Shown one piece after another: positions 10,856 to 26,162 of a DNA stretch of 64,000 nt. Each line of letters begins with the position of its first letter. Position 1 is the stretch's first letter. A model generated the notes under the pieces. That model did no database searches and had not been told where the DNA came from. It saw only the letters and a program-made list of their open reading frames with translations. The stretch lies in NCBI GenBank assembly GCA_964016885.1, contig OZ024761.1:23994001-24058000 (forward strand), given 5' to 3'. Source of the stretch: Eledone cirrhosa. Taxonomy: Eukaryota. Position numbers and translations under genes: made by a program.

Positions 10856-12655
10856 ATGTGGCGTGGTGGTGGTGTAGTGGTGGTGTGGTGTCGTTGGTAG
10901 TACTGTGGTGTGGTGGTGGTGTGGTGGTGGTGTGGTGTCGTTGGTAATACTGTGGTGTGGTGGTGGTGTGGTGGTGGTGTGGTGGTGTGGTGGTGGTGTG
11001 GTGTGGTTGGTAATACTGTGGCGTGGTGGTGTGTAGTGGTGGTGTGGTGTCGTTGGTAGTACTGTGGTGTGGTGGTGGTGTGGTGGTGGTGTGGTGTCGT
11101 TGGTAATACTGTGGTGTGGTGGTGGTGTGGTGGTGGTGTGGTGGTGTGGTGGTGGTGTGGTGTCGTTGGTAATACTGTGGCGTGGTGGTGTGTAGTGGTG
11201 GTGTGGTGTCGTTGGTAGTACTGTGGTGTGGTGGTGTGATGGTGGTGTGGTGTGGTTGGTAATACTGTGGCGTGGTGGTGGTGTAGTGGTGGTGTGGTTG
11301 TGTGGTGGTGGTGTGGTGGTGATGTGGTGGTGGTGTGGTCTTGTTGGTAGTACTGTGGTGTGGTGGTGTGGTGGTGGTGTGGTGTCGTTAGTAGTACTGT
11401 GGTGGTGGTGTGGTGGTGGTGTGGTGGTGGTGTGGTGTCGTTGCTAATACTGTGGCGTGGTGGTGGTGTAGTGGTGGTGTGGTGTCGTTGGTAGTACTGT
11501 GGTGTGGTGGTGTGGTGGTGGTGTGGTGTCGTTGGTAGTACTGTGGCGTGGTGGTGGTGTGGTGGTGTGGTGGTGTAGTGATGTGGTGTGGTGGTGTAGT
11601 GCTTGAGTGGTGTGGTGGTGTGGTCGTGAGGTGGTGTAGTGCTGTAGGGGTGTGATAGTGTGGTGGTGTAGTGGTGTAGTGGTGTGGTGGTGTGGTGATG
11701 TGGTGGTGTGGTGGTGTGGTGGTGTGGCGGTGTAGTGATGTGGTGGTGTAGTGCTGTAGTGGTGTGGTGGTGTTGTGGTGTAGTGATGTGGTGTAGTGGT
11801 GTGGTGGTGTGGTGGTGTAGTGCTGTAGTGGTGTGGTGGTGTGGTGGTGTGGTGGTGTGGTGGTGTGGCGGTGTAGTGCTGTAGTGGTGTGGTGGTGTGG
11901 TGGTGTGGTGGTGTGGCGGTATAGTGCTGTAGTGGTGTGGTGGTGTGGTGGTGTGGTGGTGTGGCGGTGTAGTGATGTGGTGTAGTGGTGTGGCGGTGTG
12001 GTGGTGTGGTGGTGTAGGGATGTGGTGATGTGGTGGTGTGGCGGTGTAGTGCTGTAGTGGTGTGGTGGTGTGGTGGTGTAGGGGTGTGGTGGTGTGGTGG
12101 TGTAGTGCTGTAGTGCTGTAGTGGTGTGGTGGTGTGGTGGTGTAGTGCTGTAGTGCTGTAGTGGTGTGGTGGTGTGGCGGTGTAGTGTTGTGGCCGTGTG
12201 GCAGTGTAGTGATGTGGCGGTGTGGCGGTGTAGTGATGTGGCGGTGTGGCGGTGAACGGTGTAGGTGTAGTGATATGGTGGTGTGGTGATGTAGTGATGT
12301 GGCGGTGTGGCGGTGTGGCGGTGTAGTGATGAGGCGATGTGGCGGTGTAGTGATCTGGCAGTGTGGTGGTGTAGTGATGAGGCGGTGTGGCGGTGAACGG
12401 TGTAGTGATGTGGTGGCGTAGTGATGTGGCGGTGTGGCGGTGTAGTGATGAGGCGATGTGGCGGTGTAGTGATCTGGCGGTGTGGTGGTGTAGTGATGAG
12501 GCGGTGTGGCGGTGAACGGTGTAGTGATGTGGTGGCGTAGTGATGTGGCGGTGTGGCGGTGTAGTGATGAGGCGATGTGGCGGTGTAGTGATCTGGCGGT
12601 GTGGTGGTGTAGTGATGAGGCGGTGTAGTGATATGGCGGTGTGGCGGTGTGGTGT
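10856..12655. repeat. GT-rich 8-bp-period satellite (GTGGTGTG / GTGGTGTA / GCGGTGTG variants)
   Basis: Read directly. It explains the 416-451 aa low-complexity ORFs. Confidence 0.92.
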
Positions 12656-12808
12656 TAAGTGGAGTGCTAAGGAAATCCATATATATTTTGCCAAATTCTA
12701 TTAGGGTAAATTCGATAAAATAAACCACATCTGGTTGCGCCATTTTGTCTGAGAATGTTGCCAGTGATAAAAGGCTGAAAGAATGATTCTGTCGTAGAGA
12801 GTCTTATG

Positions 12809-12844
<36 letters not shown>

Positions 12845-12918
12845 TATATATATGTATATGTAAAAGTGTGTGTATACATGCATATATATATATATATATA
12901 TATACATGCATATGTATG

Positions 12919-12970
<52 letters not shown>

Positions 12971-13186
12971 CTATACTTTTCATTTATATATATATATATA
13001 TATATATGTGTGTATATAATACGCAGGCGTTATGTACAACACCATATCCAATATGCATAACTATATTGTGTTCTAACTTGATAAATTCGTAAAATATATC
13101 TCAGTATGGTTAACTTAGTAAACCACTCACACGTTCACATTTACACATTATATAGTCTTGTATATATACATCAGATTGTATTATAC

Positions 13187-13252
<66 letters not shown>

Positions 13253-13267
13253 GTATGTGTGTTTATG

Positions 13268-13299
<32 letters not shown>

Positions 13300-13402
13300 T
13301 ATATGTTTATATTGTGTGTGTGTGTTTATGTATATATATATGTATATATATATATGTTTATATATGTATATATATATATATATATAATATAATATATGTA
13401 TA

Positions 13403-13471
<69 letters not shown>

Positions 13472-13811
13472 ATACCAACATATACATAATATAAAACGCT
13501 TCATGAAACAAAATACGGTATTAAATATGAGTATATAATGAAATACATATTGTTCCCTGTGTGTATACGTTGATAGGCTGTACTAATAGTTTCATTGCCG
13601 TGGTAGAAACGTAATCTTCGGACGATATCTGACCTTGAGCATACGCCTACCTCTACACACATACATGTAGACATACTCACAGATGTATAGACGCATAGAT
13701 ACACTACACACAAACATACACACATAGATGTACACACGAATACAAGCGCGCGCATACTCAAACACACGCACACTCAAACACACATATGTATATAACCTCT
13801 CTGAAATATAT

Positions 13812-13901
<90 letters not shown>

Positions 13902-14020
13902 ATGTGTGTGTGTGTGTGTATGTGTATGTGTGTGTGTGTGTATCTCTGTATGTACCTATTATGTACATATATATAAGTGTATGCATATATATGTGTAGAT
14001 ATATGTATATGTGTATATCC

Positions 14021-14078
<58 letters not shown>

Positions 14079-14097
14079 GAATATTTACATATGTTTA

Positions 14098-14137
<40 letters not shown>

Positions 14138-14163
14138 TATGTATATATATATATGTGTGCATG

Positions 14164-14219
<56 letters not shown>

Positions 14220-14303
14220 TATATATACATATATATACCTATGTTTACATATATTTATGCGTATATATATGTCTATGTATATATATATATATATGTGTGC
14301 ATG

Positions 14304-14361
<58 letters not shown>

Positions 14362-14934
14362 TATATATACATATATATACCTATGTTTACATATATTTAT
14401 GCGTATATATATGTGTATGTATATATATATATGTATGCATGTGTATATATATATATATATATATATATTCACGTAGGTCTGTATCCATGCACCTCCTCTT
14501 ATACACCACCCCTCCACTCAACACCACACTACACACTACACGCCACACACTACACACCACACACTACACACTACACACTAACCTAACCTTACTCTCTTAC
14601 ACACACACATTAACGAAGTTTCGACAAGTAGCCTTCCCCAGTAAAAATCACGCAGCCATGTTACTTTGAAATCAATTTAAGCTGGATTAATCTGATCACC
14701 GTTTCTTATAGTCGGCTTTACTACTTGTTTGCCAACTCACCATTTGATACGCTTGTGGAGCTGGCTCTGCTTGCAATATCTCGCATTTGATACGCTTATG
14801 AAGAGCAACGTGTGTGTGTGTGTGTATACGTACGTATGCGGATATGTGTGTATGGCTGTGTGTTATTGCGTTATTGTGTTCATGTGCGTGTGATTGCGTG
14901 TATGAGAATGTGTGAGTTACTGATTGCTTGTATG

Positions 14935-14993
<59 letters not shown>

Positions 14994-15028
14994 AATACAT
15001 GTATGTTATATATATGTGTATATATATG

Positions 15029-15108
<80 letters not shown>

Positions 15109-15119
15109 TGTATATATAC

Positions 15120-15153
<34 letters not shown>

Positions 15154-15194
15154 ATATATATATATAAACATATATATATATATATATATATATA

Positions 15195-15305
<111 letters not shown>

Positions 15306-15662
15306 ATATACATCTTCTTCTTCTTCTTGTAATAACTATATTCTCTCCCTCAAATCTCTGATCTCACTTTACCTTCAACACCACTTTCCACTTATCCTTT
15401 ACTCTCTCCCAGTCACTCTCTTCCCTCTCTCTGGCTCACCCTTCTATCTCTCTACCCCTATCTCTCAATACCTAACTCAATCACTCCCACCCTCTCTCTT
15501 TCTATCTCTCTCCCTCTCTCTCACATCATCTCTGAACCACAATCAATTTAAATATCATCTCTAATGCCAACTAATTTAATAAAGAAATAAAAGTGCTTTA
15601 CTCCACCCTCACCCCGTCCCTCCCACATCTATCTCCTTCATAGAACATAGTGCCTCTGTCAT

Positions 15663-15744
<82 letters not shown>

Positions 15745-15755
15745 GTATATGTATA

Positions 15756-15814
<59 letters not shown>

Positions 15815-15946
15815 AGATATTTGTATATATATATATATATGTATATATATATGTATATATGTATATGTATATATGTATATATATATGTATATATATATAT
15901 GTATATATATATCTATGTACATGTATATATACACATGTGTGTATAC

Positions 15947-15988
<42 letters not shown>

Positions 15989-16087
15989 ATATGTGTATAT
16001 ATATGTATATATATGTATATATATATATATATACATATATATGTATATATATATGTACATATATATATATATACATATATATATTTA

Positions 16088-16173
<86 letters not shown>

Positions 16174-16181
16174 TATATTTA

Positions 16182-16216
<35 letters not shown>

Positions 16217-16371
16217 GTTATTAAGGGTATCCATGTGTATATGTGCATTTATAAAGTGTTTTTATATATCCTTGGTAGTTTCGAAGGAGACAATACAATT
16301 ATGGAGATAAATCTGTAAGTCAACACTTAGGCAGGTATATATAAGAGTGATATTGTGTGTATATATATATA

Positions 16372-16477
<106 letters not shown>

Positions 16478-16938
16478 TGTATATTATATATATCATATAT
16501 GACTAAAGAAATGTTAGCTTGATAGTTGGGTTTAGAACCCTCTAAGAATGGAAAACAGGGAGCATGGACAGTCAATACTCACCCTTTTCTAGTCTTTAGA
16601 GGGTTCTAAACCCCGCTATCAGGCTAAAATTTCGTTAGTAAAAAATACGGCGAAAGCTTCTATTTCTACTAAATTTCAAAGTTCGCTCGCTGTTTCAAAT
16701 CAAATTCGCTTTGAAATTATATATATATGTGCGTGTAATTATATATATGTGCGTGTATAGTGTCCAGGAACTATTATAGGCACCCGTGTTACGTGTGTTG
16801 TATTGAAGCGAATAACTATGTGTATACTCTGGGAATGTATCTTACATTGCCTATTGAGTACGCTGAGATACAACCGGTCCTGGCATTGTTATATATGCTG
16901 AGTCCGTCAACTCCATGTTATATATAAATCAACATTTA

Positions 16939-17000
16939 TATTCTATCTGATGAGAGCGTACCAAAAATGTTGGTACCCTTGAAATATATATAATAAAATA
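16939..17000 (+). ncRNA. Minimal type I hammerhead ribozyme (family A, copy 1)
   Basis: TATTCTAT-CTGATGA(16947-16953)-GAGCGTACCAA aaatg TTGGTACCCTT-GAAA(16981-16984)-TATATA-TA|ATAAAATA. Predicted cleavage after 16992 (AUA). Confidence 0.85.
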
Positions 17001-17035
17001 AATATGGTTTCATAAAGATCGTGTCTATTTATTAA

Positions 17036-17085
<50 letters not shown>

Positions 17086-17120
17086 TTAATAAATAGACAC
17101 GATCTTTATGAAACCATATT

Positions 17121-17182
17121 TATTTTATTATATATATTTCAAGGGTACCAACAATTTTGGTACGCTCTCATCAGATAAAATA
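17121..17182 (-). ncRNA. Minimal type I hammerhead ribozyme (family A, copy 2)
   Basis: Reverse complement reads TATTTTAT-CTGATGA-GAGCGTACCAA aattg TTGGTACCCTT-GAAA-TATATA-TA|ATAAAATA. Core intact, perfect 8-bp stem I. Confidence 0.87.
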
Positions 17183-17309
17183 TAAATATTGTTTTATAGA
17201 TAGTGACATATCCCCAAACAAGAACTTATCGTTTTAAGTTCTATTGAAACAGAACTTAAAACGGCAAGTTCTTGTTTTGGATATGTCACTATCTGTAAAA
17301 CAACTTTTA

Positions 17310-17371
17310 TATTTTATCTGATGAGAGCGTACCAAAAATGTTGGTACCCTTGATATATATATAATAAAATA
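17310..17371 (+). ncRNA. Hammerhead ribozyme (family A, copy 3), core mutated
   Basis: CTGATGA at 17318-17324 with the same stem II, but GAAA reads GATA at 17352-17355. Probably inactive. Confidence 0.7.
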
Positions 17372-17503
17372 AATATGGTTTTATAAAGATAGTTTCCATT
17401 TATTAATACTATTGATATTATACTCCAGAAGAATATTGTAGAGGGCTTCTAATCTGTTATAAACTAATTTTGTTGAATAACCAACAATTTAAATAACTCG
17501 TTG

Positions 17504-17538
<35 letters not shown>

Positions 17539-18622
17539 ACACGCACACAAACTTACATATATATACATATATGTAAATAATTAACTCATGGGATAAAAGA
17601 AGGCACCAAAGGTCTTCGAGAAGACGAACATAAGGACAATTCTTACTCGTCAGAAAATTCTTTCTCTCACTCTCTCTCTCCCTCTCACTCTCTCTCCCCC
17701 CCCCTCTCTCTCTCTAAATTTTGGAAGAAACAGGGAGCTGTGTAGTTACTTGATAAAGTGCATTTAAAAATGAAAGGAAACCACGAGGGGGAGACAGGCC
17801 CTTCTTCAGTTGTCTGCTGGACATCATGGACATTTCAACATATTAACGACAATATGTCTCTCCCCAGTGCGTCAATAAGTCGTGGAAGTTATTGGGGGAA
17901 AAAAAGGAGAGAGAAAAAAAATCAAAGAGAAGGGGAAAAAAGAAAAAGAAAACGCAGAGAACATACCGAAAAAGAGAGGTACACGAGAAACACATGTATG
18001 TATGTAAGTAACCAGGTGAGAGAGAGAGGGAGAGAGAGAGAGACAGAGAGAGAGCGAGAGAGAGAGAAGGAGAGAGAGCGAGAGAGAGAGAGAGAGAGAG
18101 ACAGATAGAGAGAGAGAGCGAGAAACACATGTATGTATGTAAGTAACCAGGTGAGAGAGAAAGAGAGGGAGAGAGGGAGAGAGAGCGAGAGAGAGAGAGA
18201 GAGTGAGAGATAGAGAGAGAGACAGAGAGGGAGAGAGGTACACGAGAAACACGTATGTATATAAGTAACCAGGTGAGAGGGAGAGAGAGAGAGAGAGAGA
18301 GGAGAGAGCGAGAGAGAGAGAGACAGAGAAACAGAGTGAGAGAGAGAGATAGAGAGAGAGATAGAGACACAGAGATAGATAGAGAAAGAGAGAGAGAGAA
18401 GTCAAAAGCAGCTACTGAACATAAGTCCGAGGCTTTTATTAACAGTGAATTAGGAAGAGCGAAGAAAAACAGGTCTGACCTCGGCAAGAATAAGCGAAAA
18501 GAGGCAGAGAGGAGAGAAACGGAAGTAGGAGGGGAGCACACCTCCTTTCATATAAAGCGTGAAATTAATAAGAATTTTTGTACCCATCTTTTGTCGTTTC
18601 CGTGAACTATATATATTTATAC

Positions 18623-19480
18623 TAACTCTAAGCGTCAAAGCATGGCGTCCGACCCTCTACCGATACTGCCAATCCACATATATACAAATAATTGTTTCTA
18701 CTTTTGGCACAAGGCCAGCAAATTACCCCAGTACATTACTGGTACTTTATTTTATCGACCTCCGTAAGGATGAAAGGCAAAGTTAACCTCGGCGGGGATT
18801 TGAACTCAGAATGGCAAGGGCCGTAACTCTATGCGTCAAAACATGGCGTCCGACCCTCTACCGATACTGCCAATCCACATATATACAAATAATTGTTTCT
18901 ACTTTTGGCACAAGGCCAGCAAATTACCCCAGTACATTACTGGTACTTTATTTTATCGACCTCCGTAAGGATGAAAGGCAAAGTTAACCTCGGCGGGGAT
19001 TTGAACTCAGAATGGCAAGGGCCGTAACTCTATGCGTCAAAACATGGCGTCCGACCCTCTACCAATACTGCCAATCCACATATATACAAATAATTGTTTC
19101 TACTTTTGGCACAAGGCCAGCAAATTACCCCAGTACATTACTGGTACTTTATTTTATCGACCCCCGTAAGGATGAAAGGCAAAGTTAACCTCGACGGGAA
19201 TTTGAACTCAGAATGGCAAGGGCCGTAACTCTATGCGTCAAAACATGGCGTCCCATCCTCTACCGATACTGCCAATCCACGGCCCTCCAATATATACAAA
19301 TAATGGTTTCTGATATAGGCACAAGGCCAGCAATTTTGGGGGGAGGGGAAAAACGATTAAATAGACCCCAGTACATTACTGGTACTTTATTTTATCGACC
19401 CCGTAATGATAAAAGGCAAAGTTAACCTCGGCGGGGATTTGAACTCAGAATGGCAAGGGCCGTAACTCTATGCGTCAAAA
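18623..19480 (-). mobile_element. Tandem array of SINE family 1 (201-bp period, about 4 units, circularly permuted)
   Basis: GGCGTCC anchors at 18644, 18845, 19046 and 19247. The array begins and ends at the same internal SINE position, TAACTCTA(A/T)GCGTCAAA. Confidence 0.9.
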
Positions 19481-19744
19481 CAAATAATGTGTGAAAATGA
19501 GGTTGGAGGCGATATCTCGTGAAAATATAATGAACAACATTGACATGAGGTCATCTATTATCAATGGTACTGATTGGGTTATAGTGATCAATGAGTGTCT
19601 GTGTGGTGTGTGGTGTGTTGTGTGGTGTAGTGTGTGTTGTGTTGTGTGTGTTGTGTGTGTTGTGTGTGTGTGTGTGTTGTGAGTGTTTGTTTTGTGCTGT
19701 GTGTGTGGTGTGTGTCGTATCTCCCACTCTCACTCTCCCCTCCC

Positions 19745-19884
<140 letters not shown>

Positions 19885-19945
19885 AACATGTGTTTACATC
19901 ACTTATATAAATGCATGCATATGCATATCTGTATGGAAATGTACG

Positions 19946-20073
<128 letters not shown>

Positions 20074-20135
20074 TGTGAGTGTATGTATATATATGTATAT
20101 ATATATATACATACATATATAAATATATATGCATA

Positions 20136-20199
<64 letters not shown>

Positions 20200-20559
20200 C
20201 ATGCATATATATTTATATGTGTATGCATATACATATACATTAATATGTGTATATAAATATATATATATATATATATAATGGACACTGATGAATTATTTAT
20301 AGTGTCAGCGTATCGATTATATGAAGTCGTCAATCGATTACCTTGGCATGATCTTTTGTTATACACCAACACACACTTATATATACACACACACACACAC
20401 ATTTATGTATATATATATATACACGTACTGGTACATTCTCACACATATACACATACCCACTGACATATACACACATATACACATACATATATATATACGT
20501 TTACACATACACAGATATACACACATATACCCATTCAAATACACACACACTGTATGGTA

Positions 20560-21962
20560 ACTACACCACAACACCACTACACCACTACACCACTACACCA
20601 CTACACCACTACAATACTACACCACTACAACACTAAACAACTACACCACTACACCACTACAACACTACAACACTACACCACAACACAACTACACCACTAC
20701 AACACTAAACAACTACACCACAACACAACTACACCACTACACCACTACAACAATAAACAACTACACCACTACAACACTACACCACTACACCACTACACCA
20801 CTACAACACTACACCACTACACCACTACAACACTACACCACTACACCACTACACCACTACAACACTACAACACTACACCACTACAACACTACACAACTAC
20901 AACACTAAACAACTACGCCACTACACCACTACAACACTACAACACTACACCACTACAACACTACACCACTACACCACTACACCACTACACCACTACACCA
21001 CTACACCACTACAACACTACACCACTACAACACTACAACACTACACCACTACAACACTAAACAACTACACCACTACACCACTACAACACTACAACACTAC
21101 ACCACTACACCACTACAACACTACACCACTACACCACTACAACATTAAACAACTACGCCACTACACCACTACACCACTACAACACTAAACAACTACACCA
21201 CTACACCACTAAAACACTACACCACAACACCACTACACCACTACAACACTACACCACTACACCACTACAACACTACAACACTACACCACTACACCACTAC
21301 ACCACTACAACACTACAACACTACACCACTACACCACTACAACACTACACCACTACACCACTACACCACTACAAGACTACACCATTACAACACTACACCA
21401 CTACACCACTACACCATTACAACACTACAACACTACACCACTACACCACTACACCACTACACCACTACAACACTACACCACTACAACACTACACCACTAC
21501 AACACTACAACACTACACCACTACAACACTACACCACTACAACACTACACCACTACACCACTACAACACTACACCACTACACCACTACAACACTACAACA
21601 CTACACCACTACAACACTACACCACTACAACACTACAACACTACACCACTACAACACTACACCACTACAACACTACACCACTACACCACTACAACACTAC
21701 ACCACTACACCACTACAACACTACAACACTACACCACTACAACACTACACCACTACAACACTACACCACTACACCACTACAACACTACAACACTACACCA
21801 CTACAACACTACACCACTACACCACAACACCAATACACCACTACACCACTACACGACTACACCACTACAACACTACAACACTACACCACTACAACACTAC
21901 ACCACTACACCACTACACCACTACACCACTACAACACTACACCACTACAACACTACAACACT
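20560..21962. repeat. 8-bp satellite (ACTACACC / ACTACAAC)n
   Basis: Read directly. It is the reverse complement of the GTGGTGTA-type unit at 10856-12655. Confidence 0.95.
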
Positions 21963-22605
21963 ACACCACCACCAGCAGCAGCAGCACCACCAGTACCACC
22001 ACCACCACCACCACCAGCAGCAACACCACCACCACTACCACCACCACCAGCAACACCACCACCACTACCACCATCACCACTGCAACCACCACCACCACCA
22101 CCACTATCACCACCACCACCACAACCACCACCACCACCACCACCAGCAACACGACCACCACTGCCACCATCACCAGCAACACCACCACCACCGCCACCAT
22201 CACCACTGCAACCACCACTACCACCACCACTACCACCACCACCAGCAACACCACCACCACTACCACTATCACCACCACAACCACCACCACCACCACCACC
22301 ACCACCACCACCACTACCACCACCACTACCACCATCACCACAACCACCACCACCACCACCACCAGCAACACGACCACCACTGCCACCATCACCAGCAACA
22401 CCACCACCACCGCCACCATCACCACTGCAACCACCACTACCACCACCACTACCACCACCACCAGCAACACCACCACCACTACCACTATCACCACCACCAC
22501 CACCACCACCACCACCACCACCACTACCACCACCACTACCACCATCACCACCACCACCACCACCACCACCACCACCACTATCACCACCACAACCACCACA
22601 ACCAT
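21963..22605. repeat. (ACC)n repeat with higher-order duplication
   Basis: Read directly. Confidence 0.92.
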
Positions 22606-22789
22606 CGTACATTTGTCTGGTCTAATCAGATTACCCCCCCCCCCCCAACACACTAATCTGTTCTCTCTGTAATCCGCTTCTCTCTCTAAATAAAATATGG
22701 GACCTTATGAGGGGGGGGGGGAGGCTAACAGCGACAAACAAACGATAAAAAACAGTATGGTGGCTATCACAGATTGCTTGTGTGGTGTT

Positions 22790-23340
22790 TTGGTGGTATT
22801 GATGGTATTGATGGTATTGGTGGTGGTGGTGGTGGTGGTGGTAGTGATGGTAGTGGAGGTGGTGGTGGTGGTGGTGGTATTGATGGTAGTGGAGGTGGTG
22901 GTGGTGGTATTGATGGTAGTGGAGGTGGTGGTGGTGGTGGTATTGATGGTAGTGGTGGTGGTGGTGGTGGTATTGATGGTATTGGTGGTGGTGGTGGTGG
23001 TGGTGGTATTGATGGTAGTGGAGGTGGTGGTGGTGGTGGTATTGATGGTAGTGGTGGTGGTGGTGGTGGTATTGATGGTATTGGTGGTGGTGGTGGTGGT
23101 GGTGGTATTGATGGTAGTGGAGGTGGTGGTGGTGGTATTGATGGTAGTGGTGGTGGTGGTGGTGGTATTGATGGTAGTGGTGGTGGTGGTGGTGGTATTG
23201 ATGGTAGTGGTGGTGGTGGTGGTGGTGGTGGTATTGATGGTAGTGGAGGTGGTGGTGGTGGTGGTATTGATGGTAGTGGTGGTGGTGGTGGTGGTATTGA
23301 TGGTAGTGGTGGTGGTGGTGGTGGTGGTGGTATTGGTGAT
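22790..23340. repeat. (GGT)n minisatellite with recurring GGTATTGATGGTAGT spacer
   Basis: Read directly. Confidence 0.92.
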
Positions 23341-23391
23341 ACGCATTGGTGAGAGGATTTTGGTGGTAATCAGCATCAACAATCGCATATA

Positions 23392-23526
<135 letters not shown>

Positions 23527-23573
23527 GTTTATATATATATATATGTATATATGTATATATATATATATATGTA

Positions 23574-23642
<69 letters not shown>

Positions 23643-23701
23643 ATATATATGTATATATATGTATATATATATATATGTATATATATGTATATATATATAT
23701 G

Positions 23702-23766
<65 letters not shown>

Positions 23767-23831
23767 GCATATGTATGTATATATGTATATGTATATATAT
23801 ATATGTATATATGTATATATATATGTATATG

Positions 23832-23874
<43 letters not shown>

Positions 23875-23894
23875 TAACAAATGGAAACCATATT

Positions 23895-23959
23895 TATTTC
23901 ATTATACATATTTCAAGGACACTAAGTTAAATTATGGTGTGCTTTCATCAGATAAAATA
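23895..23959 (-). ncRNA. Minimal type I hammerhead ribozyme (family A, diverged copy)
   Basis: Reverse complement reads TATTTTAT-CTGATGA-AAGCACACCA taatttaact TAGTGTCCTT-GAAA-TATGTA-TA|ATGAAATA. Stem II has compensatory changes relative to 16939-17000. Confidence 0.82.
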
Positions 23960-24829
23960 TAATATAGAGCCGTTTTATAAATAAATATTGACATACCCTT
24001 AAAGAATGGGTATTTCTGGACTATATATATATAGGAAAATGGACTATATATATATAGATAGGAAAATTTATGACCCCCGACGGCAGAGCTCAACGAATTG
24101 CCTGTGTCCGAAGGAACCTGCAGCCGTAGAATCAGCCAGATCCATACAGTGATGATGTCTCGAGCTACCTGCCGGCGAAACAATTGTAACACGCAATAGA
24201 CTGAGTCCAGATGCATCACTGATTTTTCGTTTTCTTTATACTATCCACACTCTCCTCTGTATGAATATAGAGTACTAAGTTTGGCATACCGCCTATGGAA
24301 GCACCATAGCTACCATTATACACACGTGTATATATATATATATATATATATACCACCACGATCACCAACACAGCCACCACCATCACCACCATCTAACACC
24401 ACCACCACCACCATGACTACCATCTAACACCACCACCACCACCATGACTACCATGAACACAACCACCACCACCACCACCACCATGAGTACATCACCACCA
24501 CCACCACCACCTCCATGACTACCATCAACACCACCACCACCATGACTACCATCAACACTACCACCAACACCACCACCATGACAACAATGAACACCACCAC
24601 CACCAAGACTACCATCAACACCACTACCACCACCATGACCATCATCAACACCACCACCACCACCACCAAGACTACCATCAACACCACCACCACCATGACT
24701 ACAATGAACACCACCACCACCACCACCACCACCACACCACTGGTGTCACCCGGCTCCACCATCTTAATAATTAATATATTAATGGAGATCTGTTTTCCTT
24801 TTTTTGAAACACCTCACTACATGTAGGAT

Positions 24830-24927
24830 TACTACCACTACTACTACTACCGCTACTACTACTACCGCTACTACTACTACAACTACTACACCTGCTACTA
24901 CTACTACCACTACTACTACTACACCTG

Positions 24928-24974
<47 letters not shown>

Positions 24975-25029
24975 GCCACTACTACTACTACTACTACTAC
25001 ACCTGCTACTACTACTACTACTACACCTG

Positions 25030-25061
<32 letters not shown>

Positions 25062-25071
25062 GCCGCTCCTA

Positions 25072-25129
<58 letters not shown>

Positions 25130-25185
25130 CACTACCACTACCACTACTACTACTACTACTGCTACTACTACTACTACTACTACTG

Positions 25186-25231
<46 letters not shown>

Positions 25232-25250
25232 TACCACCACCACCACCACC

Positions 25251-25296
<46 letters not shown>
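24830..25296. repeat. (ACT)n repeat
   Basis: Read directly. Confidence 0.95.
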
Positions 25297-25297
<1 letters not shown>

Positions 25298-25336
25298 GTC
25301 TAAAAATGTTGGTATATAGATATAGAATTTTATACG

Positions 25337-25370
<34 letters not shown>

Positions 25371-25392
25371 CTCAGACATACACACACATACG

Positions 25393-25428
<36 letters not shown>

Positions 25429-25601
25429 CATACACACACAGACATATATATATAAGCACACAATACCGGGTGATACAATATAATTATGTAATACAATCAA
25501 CTGTTGCAATGGAATCCCACTTTCTACCACAGGGAAAGATGGTCGATTTTTAATGGCGTAGAGTACGAATCGAATTAGGTATGATATTATATATATATGT
25601 A

Positions 25602-25658
<57 letters not shown>

Positions 25659-25659
25659 G

Positions 25660-25738
<79 letters not shown>

Positions 25739-25753
25739 CTATATATATGTATG

Positions 25754-25784
<31 letters not shown>

Positions 25785-25868
25785 GTATGTATATATATAT
25801 ATATATATATATGCATACATGTGTGTAAATATATATATATATATACACACATGTGTATATATATATAA

Positions 25869-25918
<50 letters not shown>

Positions 25919-26098
25919 GTATGTAAATACATACATGTGTGTAAATATATATATATATACACACATGTGTGTATATATATAAATATATGCATTTGTCTCT
26001 CCCTCTATCTCTCTCTATATATAATATATATTTATATATATATAAATACACACATATATATATATATATACAATACATTTACAATATACAATATATAT

Positions 26099-26162
<64 letters not shown>

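Larger units (their letters stand above)
16921..17506. mobile_element. Hammerhead-bearing Penelope-like terminal element, family A, triple fold-back
   Basis: Three alternating-orientation copies of the same ~120-bp terminus. The first inversion is centred on (TA)n at 17039-17082 and the second on AAGTTCT-attgaaac-AGAACTT at about 17237-17257. Confidence 0.75.

Noticed and set aside
13565-13650. Minus-strand peptide [26 protein letters not shown] with a faint resemblance to VPS28
   Set aside because: Too short and divergent, splice signals are poor, and no companion exons were found.
14735-14795. Possible minus-strand exon ending in ATG|GTGAGT
   Set aside because: Good donor but weak acceptor, and the peptides ([18 protein letters not shown] or [17 protein letters not shown]) are unrecognisable. 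Needs RNA-seq.
20280-20330. CTGATGA followed by a short hairpin
   Set aside because: No GAAA or stem I partner, so it was not counted as a hammerhead. The same applies to hits near 35420 (-), 57163 (+) and 57810 (-).
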